Shown: positions 8,337 to 18,587 of the stretch, piece after piece
How positions within the stretch are numbered: the first letter of the stretch is position 1
Layout: each line of letters begins with the position of its first letter
From: a virus
Taxonomy: Duplodnaviria; Caudoviricetes
Direction: 5' to 3' (one strand)
Length of the DNA: 63,682 nucleotides
IMG/VR virus record: IMGVR_UViG_3300048541_000245
Coordinates: 1 to 63,682 of that record
Position numbers and translations under genes: made by a program
The notes under the pieces: generated by a model
What the model saw: only the letters and a program-made list of their open reading frames with translations
The model's database searches: none
Told to the model about the DNA's origin: nothing

Positions 8337-11300
8337 CTAAACGACAGCAGAGGCTAAAACTGGCTCGACAGGAGTTGTAATTGTTCCGAAATTCATTGTA
8401 TAACTATTTGGATCTGCAATTGTACCCATGTCAATAGCAGTACCTAGAGGCCCTGTAATGTAGTAATAGTTCCAGCCAAGTTGAGGTAATACCTCAATAG
8501 CTAATCTAAAGTAGACCCTAGGCTTTAAGCTAAAGTCAATAATTACTTCAAAGTTTGAATTAAGGTCGCCTTGCGGAGTTGGCAGTGAATCAGTAGAGAT
8601 AGTTGAATCATCAGCGTCAACCACTTCGATCCCAAGTTGCGTTTCGGGGTCTACTGTATTGTTACCATCTGAAGCACCTGCACCTGGACTTGGTTCACTT
8701 ACGACGACCGCTGCACCAGTATCAAAATCACCAGCATTTAAGCTGTAAGGCCCGCCAGGGCGGGTTCCACTGTCAAAGTTTCCAGCGCCTGCATCAAAAC
8801 CTCCATTGGTCGTGTTATTTGTAAATTCTCCAGCATCAGCAAACACATATGTCGGAAATTCAATTTGAATTGGCGGATAGATCCCATCTCCAGATCCTAT
8901 CGTTTCACCTGAGCTGTCTAACGCTTCATAAGAGATAACTACTATTGTTGTTACTGTAGTGTCAGTCGGCACAAAAGTAAGGTTACCGCTATTGATGTCT
9001 GCAATTGTAATTGCATCGCCAACGACAACAGCAACACTATTTAACAGCAATTGACCGCCAGTTGGAATCGCTGTTATTTGTATTGAATTCGTCGTCTCCG
9101 GTGCATTCAGATCGTTAGTTGTTACAGGGGCCGTGGTTTCTACTTTCTTAAAAGTAGTATAGCTAAAGGGGCTGGGCTCTGTTACTCCAGAAGCTGTCTC
9201 AATAGATCCAACATTAAAGCAGTCAAATGAGCATAGTACATTATCAGAATCAAAAACCCAGTTAGAAGAAGCAGCCCTTAATTTATACTTTTTACCAAGG
9301 CTTGAAATATTTAATGAAATTGGATAAAATGGATAGTATTCAAAAACCTCAGCTCTTGTACCTCTTTCAGTAATACGATAGCCAAAATTATCTGCAGTAA
9401 TTTTCTTGGCAAGATTATTTGCATATAAAGAAAGAATCTTATAATATAAATTAAGAGTCAGGGATGTGTCAGGAACAAATTTTACTCCATTACATATCTT
9501 CGTCCTGATCGGGGCAAAGCTTAACGGCAATTGCACTTCTTTAATTTGCGGGCCAGGCGTACCAAGCCATGACACGGGGACAGAAGATGTCCCAAGCTTG
9601 TTTGTAATATCTATTTTTACTGTCTGTTCTATTTCTACATTTTCTGTATCAGAAGAGCTATCATTGGCATAAAGACAACCGTTGCCATCTCTTTGATATT
9701 CAATTCTGTCAGGTTCTTCAGGCCCACTAGCAGAAGAATAATTTATCCTAAAATAACTGTTGCTAGGATCTTGAAAATCCGTAAAAGTCTCCCTTTCTGT
9801 ATTGTAAACACTACCATATTCATAAGTATTTACTGTTTTAGATGCCAGAAAAAGATTGAAATTAACTGTTGGATTTCTAACTTTCAATTCATCATGTGAA
9901 GTCATCAACGGGGATCCCGCCACTGTATCATCAAAAGATTTACCGACACCTCTGAAACTAAAAAAGTTAACTCCACGAGCTATAAAATATCTCATTTTAT
10001 CTAAAAATGGACTTTGAACAAGGTTTACTCCAACCCCACCGGCGGCGTTCTCTGCAACCTTACTCTGGGCCAAATGAACATAATTTAAAGTTGTCTTTGA
10101 AGTAACTTGATTTCCATCTCCATAAGTATAAAATACTTGTTGCATCCTAGAATAACCATAATTTCCTGTAAATTTATCAGTAAATTTAGTTGCTTCTCTT
10201 GCTAAAAAGTCAGCACCCTCTAAAATATTTACAGCGGCTTCATAATATTGATCTGCAGCACAACCATAATATTCAACAGCTTCTTTATTGCGAGTCGCTT
10301 CTTCTGAATATACAGTATTAACTAAAACGCTATTTCTATAATAGTAAGTAATAGCACCTGGCCTAGAAGCATAATCATCTTTTAAAGTGTAAGCCTGATT
10401 TGCTTTACTCAATAATGAATTAGATTTTTCAATTTCATTGTTAGCACCATTAACAAACACATCTACTACGCGGCTAATTATGCCCTTAGCATATGTTGCT
10501 GCAGAACAGTACTCGAAATCGTACTCAAAATCTACTTGATTGCCTGGACCTTCGTAACTTACATAACGACCGTTAGTGACGGTTTCCAGCGCCTCGTATT
10601 CAGTCGTGCTACATGAAGCAATCGCCGTATATGCATAAGTGGATGGCTCATTTTCAACAGGCTCACTAATCGAGCCGCAACCCGCTACAGCCTCAGTACC
10701 AGCAGCGCCAGAAGTTGGATCGTTTGTTATTGTAAAAAAGCCATTAGAACCTCCTTTAAGGGCATCCGGCACTTGAATAGTTCTTTCTAGTGTAGAAGTT
10801 ATAAAAGGAGGAGGATTTATGTCTTGATTTTCATCATCTTCTTCAGATTTAGGTACCTCTGCCTCAGCGGTAGCAACTACTGCTGAAGGTAAATCTTCAA
10901 TAGCTCCTCCAATCGAATCAACTGCGATTGCAGTTTCTTTATCAAAACTTGTTAATTTTGCGCTTTGTAGATTAGAACCTAAGCCGTCATTACCAAACTG
11001 GTTGAGGGATTGAATATGTCCGTATGGATCTTGAAATATTACCTTGCCTTCTATTTCTAAAAGAGTTTGTAAGGTTGAAAGATTATAATCATCGATAATA
11101 AAAGAACCTTTTACATCGTATGAGATAAAACTTGTTATTAGAGTTTTTATTTTAGATGTATATGACCCCTCCCTTGAAACTAAATATGCAAGAGAACATC
11201 CAACCTCTAAAGTAGTTTGACGAGAATTAATATCAATACTGGAATTTAAAACATACAATTGGCCGCGAGCTAATTTAGCCGCTTTGCCGTTATCTAATGT

Positions 11301-11513
11301 AGCATATATATTAACCTTAGAGCCTAACGGGAAAAGAGTTTTATTATAGTCCAGTATCGTTGTATCACCGCCAAGAACAATAGAACCTTTAGCTGTAATT
11401 ATATTTGTACTATATGCAGAATCATCTGAAATAGCTCCTTCTATTAAAAAATTGCTATAATCTGTGCCGTTGATATATACACGAATTTTAGAAGTTGTAT
11501 TCGCAAGTGTCAT
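8337..11513 (-). CDS. Tail tip/baseplate hub protein with a C-terminal cadherin/Ig-like segment
   Basis: 1058 aa, second gene after the tape measure; IQITAIPTGGQLLLN...GNLTFVP segment. Confidence 0.65.
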   Translation of the reverse strand: MTLANTTSKIRVYINGTDYSNFLIEGAISDDSAYSTNIITAKGSIVLGGDTTILDYNKTLFPLGSKVNIYATLDNGKAAKLARGQLYVLNSSIDINSRQTTLEVGCSLAYLVSREGSYTSKIKTLITSFISYDVKGSFIIDDYNLSTLQTLLEIEGKVIFQDPYGHIQSLNQFGNDGLGSNLQSAKLTSFDKETAIAVDSIGGAIEDLPSAVVATAEAEVPKSEEDDENQDINPPPFITSTLERTIQVPDALKGGSNGFFTITNDPTSGAAGTEAVAGCGSISEPVENEPSTYAYTAIASCSTTEYEALETVTNGRYVSYEGPGNQVDFEYDFEYCSAATYAKGIISRVVDVFVNGANNEIEKSNSLLSKANQAYTLKDDYASRPGAITYYYRNSVLVNTVYSEEATRNKEAVEYYGCAADQYYEAAVNILEGADFLAREATKFTDKFTGNYGYSRMQQVFYTYGDGNQVTSKTTLNYVHLAQSKVAENAAGGVGVNLVQSPFLDKMRYFIARGVNFFSFRGVGKSFDDTVAGSPLMTSHDELKVRNPTVNFNLFLASKTVNTYEYGSVYNTERETFTDFQDPSNSYFRINYSSASGPEEPDRIEYQRDGNGCLYANDSSSDTENVEIEQTVKIDITNKLGTSSVPVSWLGTPGPQIKEVQLPLSFAPIRTKICNGVKFVPDTSLTLNLYYKILSLYANNLAKKITADNFGYRITERGTRAEVFEYYPFYPISLNISSLGKKYKLRAASSNWVFDSDNVLCSFDCFNVGSIETASGVTEPSPFSYTTFKKVETTAPVTTNDLNAPETTNSIQITAIPTGGQLLLNSVAVVVGDAITIADINSGNLTFVPTDTTVTTIVVISYEALDSSGETIGSGDGIYPPIQIEFPTYVFADAGEFTNNTTNGGFDAGAGNFDSGTRPGGPYSLNAGDFDTGAAVVVSEPSPGAGASDGNNTVDPETQLGIEVVDADDSTISTDSLPTPQGDLNSNFEVIIDFSLKPRVYFRLAIEVLPQLGWNYYYITGPLGTAIDMGTIADPNSYTMNFGTITTPVEPVLASAVV

Positions 11514-11933
11514 TTACACCTCCGTCAAGCCAAAGCTTAATAAGAAAACTTCATTGGTTCTGCCTACTCTTGAAATAGTAGGTGGAGTAGTAAAGAATGC
11601 AGTTGTTGTAACTGTAGGTATATTTACGTTGTTAGTAGCTTCTCTTAGTAAATTATCAACAATATTAACTACAGCAGTGTTTAAAGAAGTAGACCTAGCT
11701 GTATCCCATGCCGTAAAGATTGTATTTAATGTTGCGATTTCTGCTGGTGTTGCATATGTAGCAATTGACCAGATATTACGTTGCCGACGTGCTGGACCTT
11801 GAGCGTAACCTAATCCAATCTGGCTAAATTCTAGGCTAGCTTGGCCAAGGATAGAGCTCGGCAGATCGTCCCCTGAGAAGTCCGTAAAGGCCACTGAGTC
11901 GCTTCCGTAGCTGATTGTGATACTTCCAGCCAT
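11514..11933 (-). CDS. Distal tail protein (Dit-like)
   Basis: 139 aa directly after the tape measure gene; synteny only. Confidence 0.55.
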   Translation of the reverse strand: MAGSITISYGSDSVAFTDFSGDDLPSSILGQASLEFSQIGLGYAQGPARRQRNIWSIATYATPAEIATLNTIFTAWDTARSTSLNTAVVNIVDNLLREATNNVNIPTVTTTAFFTTPPTISRVGRTNEVFLLSFGLTEV

Positions 11934-11935
11934 AA

Positions 11936-14900
11936 CTAGATCCTCCGGCCGTTACGGAGCCGCATACGGGCCACATTCGTCATGATCTTCGACGCATCTG
12001 TGACAGGTTGCTGGCTTTGAATCGTCACGTTGTTTGTAATGCGTTGATTGCCGCCAGATCCAGTCAAAGCAGCGGTCATTTGCTTGACTAGGTTGCCAGA
12101 AACTCCGTCTGAAGTTGTATTTGCAGCTGGGTTTTGTTTAGGTCTAATACCAGATGAGGCAGATTGAATCTTTTCGCTGGAACTTGCCGAGATAAAATCA
12201 TTGACAAGGTTGGCAGGAATGACCGTACCAGAAGTAGGAGCAGTCCATTGCATATTTCTAGCAGCAGGCAGCATACTGAATTTGCCGGAATTGCTTAAGA
12301 ATCCTTCTCTGCCGCCGCCATCATTAACTGTATATTGCTTGCCGCTGGTAACCGGACCGCCCATTGCGCGGGCTGAACCGCCTCTAAGAACAATTCGCTG
12401 CAACTCACCAGCTTCGCCTACTGCTGCCTCCAAGAATCCAACGATTTTACTAGCTTCACCAGCTCCGCCGGACATAGTGTCTTTAGCTGCATTCATTACA
12501 GCATTCAAGCCATCGCCTGCACCTTGGGCATTTTCCAACGCATTTGTTATTTTTTTAGCTTCCTCAATGCCATTCTCTAAAGATGTACCCTGTAGTGCTT
12601 CGGCAGTGTTTTGGGTATCAGTAGCAGCTCCGGCTATAGCAGTACCGTAATCGCCAGCAAGCTTAATTAAATTCTTTTGCTTGTTCTCTGCCTCTTTAAG
12701 ACTGACAAGCTGCACATTAAGCTTATTTGCAACGCCTTGAGCACTTGTTGAAAGTTCTTCATCTAAACCTTTATTGATTAACTTTTGATCTTTTGTTGCT
12801 TTTTGAATTCCAAGCAGTTCCTTTTCTATTCTAAATTGTTGACCTAATCCTTGAATAATTAATCCTTGCTGATTAGCTGCTTCGTTATAAGCTTTTGCTA
12901 ATCCAGACTTGCCTTCAGCCTGTGCAATTTTGGCTGCATTTCTTAATTTGATTTGCTCAATTCTAGCCTGACTTGTAGCGATTTTGTTCTGTGTAGTAAG
13001 TTTTAAAACAGCAATGCGATTTTCAATTTCATTAGTAACAGCCTGTGCCCTAAGTTGTCTCTCAATAATTTGCTTTCTCTTTGCACTTCCAACCTCAAGG
13101 CCCTTCAGTTCTCGGCTTGCAATTTCATCAATTAATCCATTTGCCGCTTGTAATCCAGAAACAAATGTACCGCTGACTCCATCGAAAGCACCTTTCAGTT
13201 TGCTTGAACTTTGTAGGATTATATCTACCTGGCCGTCGACCTCAGCGATACCCGCCTTAAATGCGTTGATGACTGCATTACGAGCGTCAATTCCCAGTTG
13301 AGCTTGTTTTTGGGTTTCTGTTGCAACTACATTAGTTAGTTGCCTTTGTAAAGCAATTTCTTCTTCATTGAGTTTACCTCTTTTCGCAAGTACCGCAAGG
13401 TCGTCTTTAGCTAATTGTGTTCTTCGTTCAGAGGCTACAACTTCAGCTGCAATATTGGATGCAGCTAGTAAAGATGCTGCGTTAGCTTCTTTGCCATACT
13501 TCTTGATTGCTTCTGTCTGTGCCTCAATTAAATCAGTATTAATTTCTTCGTTTAGCTGTTTTTGTGCTTTTTGTAATTGCTCTACAGAAGCCTCTGCTTT
13601 TGCAGCTGCATCGCCATTTCTAATTCTTGCTGCAGTCTCGTCTTGTAAACCCTTAACAGATCTTTTAGTAAGCACTTGGAATGCTCTGAGCTGTTTATTC
13701 TCACCCTCCTTTAATTCAATAGTAGCCTTAATTTGATCAATATTACCCTTGCCGCTTAGCTTCTTTTCTTCTTCTTGCTTGATTATTTGGTTGTTTTTGT
13801 CAATTTGAGTTTGAACCGCTGAATTTAAACCATTTATTACCGGTCTCAGCCGCTTTAAATTTTCTGATCCAGAAGCAAATCCGCTAAAATCTACCATACC
13901 AACTTCGCCTCCTAAATCTTTTACTCTTTGAATTCCCTCTTTGACCTCGTCGTTAAATTCTTGCCTTTGCTCAAGAATTGCTTTGCCTCTGCCTGAATCT
14001 GCTAGTTTTGCTTCGGCCGCCTCTTGGGTCTTATATGCTGCTGCAAGTGTCCCGGCAGCGCCTGCCGCCAGAAGTGTCTTAGTAGCCAAACTTCCCATTA
14101 CAGCGGCCTGCGCCGTAGCACCAATAATAAGAGCACCACCTCCGGTGGCTATGACAGCAGTGGCGGCTCCAACCGCAAGAAGCGTTACGGCCAGTCGTTT
14201 CGTCACCCCGCCCCAATATTCTGATTCGGCTGATGCTTTTTTAATAGTTTTAGTAGCTTTTCCAATATTTGCCGGCAGTTTTTCTGCTTTATTGCTGGTT
14301 TCAGCTAACGCATCACTTAATTCGCTAAAAGTTCCAGAATATAGTGATCTGATTTCTTGAGCAGCCTTTCCACTTGCTCTAAATGCATTAACAAGCATTC
14401 CAACACCTGCTGCAATAGCAAGAAATGGCATAGCTTGTCCAAGTGCTCTTAATCCTACCAATAGCCTCTTTGTGCTAAACGTTGCCAGATTCATGCCTAC
14501 AGCAGCCTGTTTACTTGAAACGAATAGGCCTTTAAATGCGACTGTTGTAAGTGTGACAAGAACTTTAAGCTTGCCAATTAACATAGCACCTATAATTGCT
14601 CCTTTAAATACAAGAAAGCCAGCAACTACGTGCGCTAAAATCCCGATCAACCCCCCAAAATTAGCATCAAGACTTAAAATACCATCTAATAATCCAGTGA
14701 TCGGGGCTAATAATTGGCTTACAGCTAAAACTAGTTTTAAAATATTATCAATTAAGGTTCGGGCTGATTTTGCGATTTGATTAAATGTAGTAGCAAGAAA
14801 GTCAAACGTTTTGGTCTCTTTAAATTCTTTAATAAATTCAGCAACTGCCAAGCGGATTTCTAAAAACGCCTTAATTGCTGGCTCAATAGTTTTAGCGATG

Positions 14901-16102
14901 CTTTCAAGATTTTTAGTTTCAATATTAGATGCTGCATTTTGCAGCTGTTGAATTGTAGCTGTACCATTTTTAATTCTTTTCGCTAGCGCATCAACGCCAT
15001 TTTGCATTTTATTAACAGTCTTGACGAATACATCAGCAGTAATTTTACTGTCAGATATTAACTCATTTAATGCTGCACTACTTACGCCTAATGCATCTGC
15101 AAATTGAGTTCTGAATGCACCGTCAAGTTCAGAGATTTGTTGATTAAGTTCTTCTGCTTGGAGCTTCCCTTTACTCAGTACCTGAGCGAATGCCTCTAGC
15201 AATCTGCCTGATTGCTCTGTATTTAATCCAAGTGTTTGGCTTCTTGCGCTGATAGCAGCAATGAACTTATCAGAGTCAGCAGCACTTGTGCCTACAGCCT
15301 TTAAGGCCGGAATCATTCTTTTGTAACTCTTTTCAACTTGCTGCAGAGGAGCACCAAGACGATTTGCTGTAGTTTCAGCTTGCTTAAAAATTCGATTAGT
15401 TTCTGCTTGGGTGAATCCTACGTTTTTGACTGCAAGGTTAAAAGCCTCAAGTTCTTTTGCTCTGGCTGTAAATGCTCCCAATGCATTAGCTGCAGATCTA
15501 ACTGTACCTGTAACGGCAGCAAAGGCAGCCTGTGCAACAGCAATTTTACCTAGAACGCTAAAAAAACTTTTAGCTTTAGGTGCAGTTTGGGTAAACCTAT
15601 CATCTAATTTCTTGATCTCTAATGTTAGCTTTTTGAATTCAGGCGAATTCATTGCTACAGCATTACGCATTCTAACTAATTCACTTCGCTGATTCCTGAT
15701 TGCGTCCAGGCTGCCAGCAGTTGCTCCTTGTAATTTTTTTAGTTTGTCTTCTGCAATTTTTACAGCAGCTGAGTATTGCTTCCACTTAGGGTTGTTTTGA
15801 TTTAGCTCGTCTCTAAGCTTTTTAAATACTTGAATTTGTTTTTTTGTTCTTGCAACAGAATTTTGTTGACCACCAACTGATTGTAAATATGCTTTATTTG
15901 CTTTTCTTATAGCAACTTCTTGTTCACTTAATTCTTTTGCAATGACTGATCCATTGCTTGTAAAATTATATTCGATATTTACTTTCTTTCCGTTAAAGTC
16001 AAGGATCTCTTGCAGAGCCTTTTGACTTCCGTCCTGTAATTGCTTTAAAGCTGCCTGCAGTTCACCAGCGTTTACATCAAACTTGACTGGTACCGTCAGC
16101 AT
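11936..16102 (-). CDS. Tape measure protein
   Basis: 1388 aa, A/K-rich helical; QVLSKGKLQAEELNQQISE motif, hydrophobic segments, C-terminal RAMGGPV. Confidence 0.93.
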   Translation of the reverse strand: MLTVPVKFDVNAGELQAALKQLQDGSQKALQEILDFNGKKVNIEYNFTSNGSVIAKELSEQEVAIRKANKAYLQSVGGQQNSVARTKKQIQVFKKLRDELNQNNPKWKQYSAAVKIAEDKLKKLQGATAGSLDAIRNQRSELVRMRNAVAMNSPEFKKLTLEIKKLDDRFTQTAPKAKSFFSVLGKIAVAQAAFAAVTGTVRSAANALGAFTARAKELEAFNLAVKNVGFTQAETNRIFKQAETTANRLGAPLQQVEKSYKRMIPALKAVGTSAADSDKFIAAISARSQTLGLNTEQSGRLLEAFAQVLSKGKLQAEELNQQISELDGAFRTQFADALGVSSAALNELISDSKITADVFVKTVNKMQNGVDALAKRIKNGTATIQQLQNAASNIETKNLESIAKTIEPAIKAFLEIRLAVAEFIKEFKETKTFDFLATTFNQIAKSARTLIDNILKLVLAVSQLLAPITGLLDGILSLDANFGGLIGILAHVVAGFLVFKGAIIGAMLIGKLKVLVTLTTVAFKGLFVSSKQAAVGMNLATFSTKRLLVGLRALGQAMPFLAIAAGVGMLVNAFRASGKAAQEIRSLYSGTFSELSDALAETSNKAEKLPANIGKATKTIKKASAESEYWGGVTKRLAVTLLAVGAATAVIATGGGALIIGATAQAAVMGSLATKTLLAAGAAGTLAAAYKTQEAAEAKLADSGRGKAILEQRQEFNDEVKEGIQRVKDLGGEVGMVDFSGFASGSENLKRLRPVINGLNSAVQTQIDKNNQIIKQEEEKKLSGKGNIDQIKATIELKEGENKQLRAFQVLTKRSVKGLQDETAARIRNGDAAAKAEASVEQLQKAQKQLNEEINTDLIEAQTEAIKKYGKEANAASLLAASNIAAEVVASERRTQLAKDDLAVLAKRGKLNEEEIALQRQLTNVVATETQKQAQLGIDARNAVINAFKAGIAEVDGQVDIILQSSSKLKGAFDGVSGTFVSGLQAANGLIDEIASRELKGLEVGSAKRKQIIERQLRAQAVTNEIENRIAVLKLTTQNKIATSQARIEQIKLRNAAKIAQAEGKSGLAKAYNEAANQQGLIIQGLGQQFRIEKELLGIQKATKDQKLINKGLDEELSTSAQGVANKLNVQLVSLKEAENKQKNLIKLAGDYGTAIAGAATDTQNTAEALQGTSLENGIEEAKKITNALENAQGAGDGLNAVMNAAKDTMSGGAGEASKIVGFLEAAVGEAGELQRIVLRGGSARAMGGPVTSGKQYTVNDGGGREGFLSNSGKFSMLPAARNMQWTAPTSGTVIPANLVNDFISASSSEKIQSASSGIRPKQNPAANTTSDGVSGNLVKQMTAALTGSGGNQRITNNVTIQSQQPVTDASKIMTNVARMRLRNGRRI

Positions 16103-16138
16103 TGCGGTTTTTCAAAACTGGCTAGAATAGTCTGCCAA

Positions 16139-16163
16139 GAAAAAACCCCGCCGTAGCGGGGCA
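16139..16163 (-). terminator. Rho-independent terminator after the major tail gene
   Basis: CCCCGC-TACG-GCGGGG hairpin plus T-run. Confidence 0.85.
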
Positions 16164-16185
16164 TTTGAGGCTTTTTAAGTTGATA

Positions 16186-16833
16186 TCAAGAGTTAGCGTC
16201 GATATCTAAGTTATATGGGCCGTAGCCATTCAGCGTTGCACTGAAGGAAACCACGGAACCAGCTTCCACTGATTCAGAGTAGCCTTCGAGAGTGCCGTAG
16301 CCATAAATTGTCTCGTCAGTACCAGTTGGTCCGATACGAGCAAACTTAACGCGCAAGCTGTTGTTAACAGTGTTAGCTTCAGCTAAACGCAAGACTTGGT
16401 AGGCTGCACTCTTAAAGTCAGCAACACCTTCTAGTGAGAGGCTGAACGATTTAGTGGTAGCGATGTTGGTGTTATAACCACGGGTTGTGCGGTCATAAGT
16501 AATAACATCTTCACTAGAGGTATCAGTCTCTAGGGAGGCGTTGGTCAGGCCAAGCAGTTTGAAAGGCTTGTCAGTGGCGGTGGTGCCGTCCATTGCATAA
16601 ACTTGACTTTCGACCGTAAAAACACCAGTTGCAGTGTCATACGAAACGGTGTCATTGTCGGCAGCAAGGTTGCCTTCATCACCAAGAGTTGAGCTATCAG
16701 TCTTAATGAAACCAGTAGAAGCACTGCTAAGGCCGGTGCCGGTCGTGATTCCGCTAAAAAGTAGGTCGGTTTGAGCAGAGGCCAGAGGAAGTAAGTAAAC
16801 CTTATATCCAAAGGCTGCAGAATAATTAGCCAT
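16186..16833 (-). CDS. Major tail tube protein
   Basis: MANYSAAFGY...TKSFSLSLEG...YGYGTLEGYSESVEAGSVVSFSATLNGYG; own terminator; ATG 16833. Confidence 0.82.
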   Translation of the reverse strand: MANYSAAFGYKVYLLPLASAQTDLLFSGITTGTGLSSASTGFIKTDSSTLGDEGNLAADNDTVSYDTATGVFTVESQVYAMDGTTATDKPFKLLGLTNASLETDTSSEDVITYDRTTRGYNTNIATTKSFSLSLEGVADFKSAAYQVLRLAEANTVNNSLRVKFARIGPTGTDETIYGYGTLEGYSESVEAGSVVSFSATLNGYGPYNLDIDANS

Positions 16834-16958
16834 GGGTGAATTTCCAGAATGCTGAAAACTGAGCAAAAATGGGGGATTCACCCCACTATCGTAGGGTTCC
16901 TAATGGTCTGGAATACTATTTATTCACTTGCAGTAAAAATGCCTGCAATAACAAGCTT

Positions 16959-17420
16959 TTAAGGTAAGGAATCTAGGATTGCTGTTGCATCTGCATGTAA
17001 GCCACCATTCTCAGGAATCATAATCATCGTTTGAACGCGAGCGCCAAGACCTTTAGAGACTGATAAGGTTTCAATCGTTTTAGCACCATAGAACAAGTGT
17101 AAAGCACGCTTAGCGGCAGAATCTAGATCGCTACCTGTCGATCCATCCCATACAATTAAAAATACTTTCCAAGTCGTTAGCAGGTCAGAGCTATCGTTTA
17201 TATAATCTTTACGGCCAATATCCCCAGAATCATGAATAATACATTCTAATCCAGTCTGTGATTCTAATTGTGGAAGAACTTCTCCAGGCGTTAAGATAAC
17301 AATCGATGGACTCGTGCTTCCGCCAGTAAAACTATAGCTTCCTATGTATGAAGAAAAGCTACTGTCATTAGCTAAGACGTTATAAATAATCTGCGGTGTC
17401 GTGGCAAAAGTTTGCGCCAT
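16959..17420 (-). CDS. Tail terminator/completion protein
   Basis: 153 aa immediately upstream of the tail tube; synteny. Confidence 0.6.
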   Translation of the reverse strand: MAQTFATTPQIIYNVLANDSSFSSYIGSYSFTGGSTSPSIVILTPGEVLPQLESQTGLECIIHDSGDIGRKDYINDSSDLLTTWKVFLIVWDGSTGSDLDSAAKRALHLFYGAKTIETLSVSKGLGARVQTMIMIPENGGLHADATAILDSLP

Positions 17421-17545
17421 CAGAACACGAAAAACCGTGTTTTAGTCTGCCCAATTTAAGGAACTATAGATTAGACAGCCGCCAAGGTGCTCATGAGAAG
17501 CCCAGATGCCTCATACTTAAGCGGAGTCATTATCATTAGAACTCG

Positions 17546-17965
17546 ATGATTAAAAAGGATTTTCCGATCCGGCCAAGGATCCATGACTACCTTTTCAATC
17601 TAGATGCAATGACAAGAAAAGAAGCGAAACACCTTTGGCGACAATCGATCAAAGAAGCTTGGTGCAACTGCTGCGCTTACTGCGGAAATCCACCAATCGA
17701 CGACGCCTCATTAACTCTTGATCACGTCAAGCCTCGAGCAAGGGGTGGTGAAGACAGGACAAGTAATTGTATTCCTGCCTGCAAGAAATGTAATCATTCA
17801 AAGGGAAGCCAAGAATGGGCTGAATGGTTCCGCAATCAAAACTCATACTCAATGGAGCGGGAATACAGGATTAGGGCATGGATGGAAGCTGAGAAAGAGA
17901 ACATTCCTATTTCAGGAGATGTCTTTGATTGTCAGTCTTTCTCGGCGGCAATCATGCAGCAATAG
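17546..17965 (+). CDS. HNH endonuclease
   Basis: CAYCG...TLDHVKPRARGG...NCIPACKKCNHSKG; antisense to the tail operon. Confidence 0.9.
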   Translation: MIKKDFPIRPRIHDYLFNLDAMTRKEAKHLWRQSIKEAWCNCCAYCGNPPIDDASLTLDHVKPRARGGEDRTSNCIPACKKCNHSKGSQEWAEWFRNQNSYSMEREYRIRAWMEAEKENIPISGDVFDCQSFSAAIMQQ

Positions 17966-18587
17966 GAACTTCAACGCCTTCTTTTGCACTGTAACGTATA
18001 GTCGCCTTTGGCATTGTTACTTTAATAATGCCACCGAGAGTCGATTCCATTTCGATCGTCTGCTCAGATACTACGTCTTCCATAATTAACATTCCCTTGA
18101 CGGAATTTTCTGTGATTTCTGGTCCTAGTATTATAGCTTTTTCATGAATCAGACCTAACAAGTTAGGAGGGTTACCTGTTGAAGAATTTTTAAGATCCTT
18201 ATAAAAGCAATATGCCCATCGAGGGAATAGTTGTTGCTCTATAAGTTCCATCGCAGCGGCACCGTAAACTCCTGTCGGAGTGTTTCTGTCATCGACTGGC
18301 TGGTACAAGAAAAAGTCTTCCATCTTGTGTGGAACTTTTTGCTTTTTAGCGTCTCTATTTGAATTAGCAAATAAAGCACTGAGCAGTGAGACAGGTGCCT
18401 CTAACTGATGCAAATAAGATTGTCGTTGTCGTGATCCATTTTGATATGCATCGATTACATATTCGTAAGGTAAAGAACTATAATTGTCAAAACTAAATTC
18501 ATTATCACCAGGATATAGCGACTTCAGATCCCAAAATATTGTCTCAAACGGGGTAATTATGCCCCACTCTCCTCTGGTGACTTTCCC
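17952..18587 (-). CDS. Tail assembly chaperone, frameshifted extension (gpGT-like T part)
   Basis: -1 frame is open from the slippery site at 18581-18587 into track ORF 17952..18413, which has only a TTG start. Confidence 0.75.
   Translation of the reverse strand, partial: GKVTRGEWGIITPFETIFWDLKSLYPGDNEFSFDNYSSLPYEYVIDAYQNGSRQRQSYLHQLEAPVSLLSALFANSNRDAKKQKVPHKMEDFFLYQPVDDRNTPTGVYGAAAMELIEQQLFPRWAYCFYKDLKNSSTGNPPNLLGLIHEKAIILGPEITENSVKGMLIMEDVVSEQTIEMESTLGGIIKVTMPKATIRYSAKEGVEVPIAA

Noticed and set aside
12201-15692. Several plus-strand ORFs of 70-150 aa
   Set aside because: Antisense shadows of the tape measure gene
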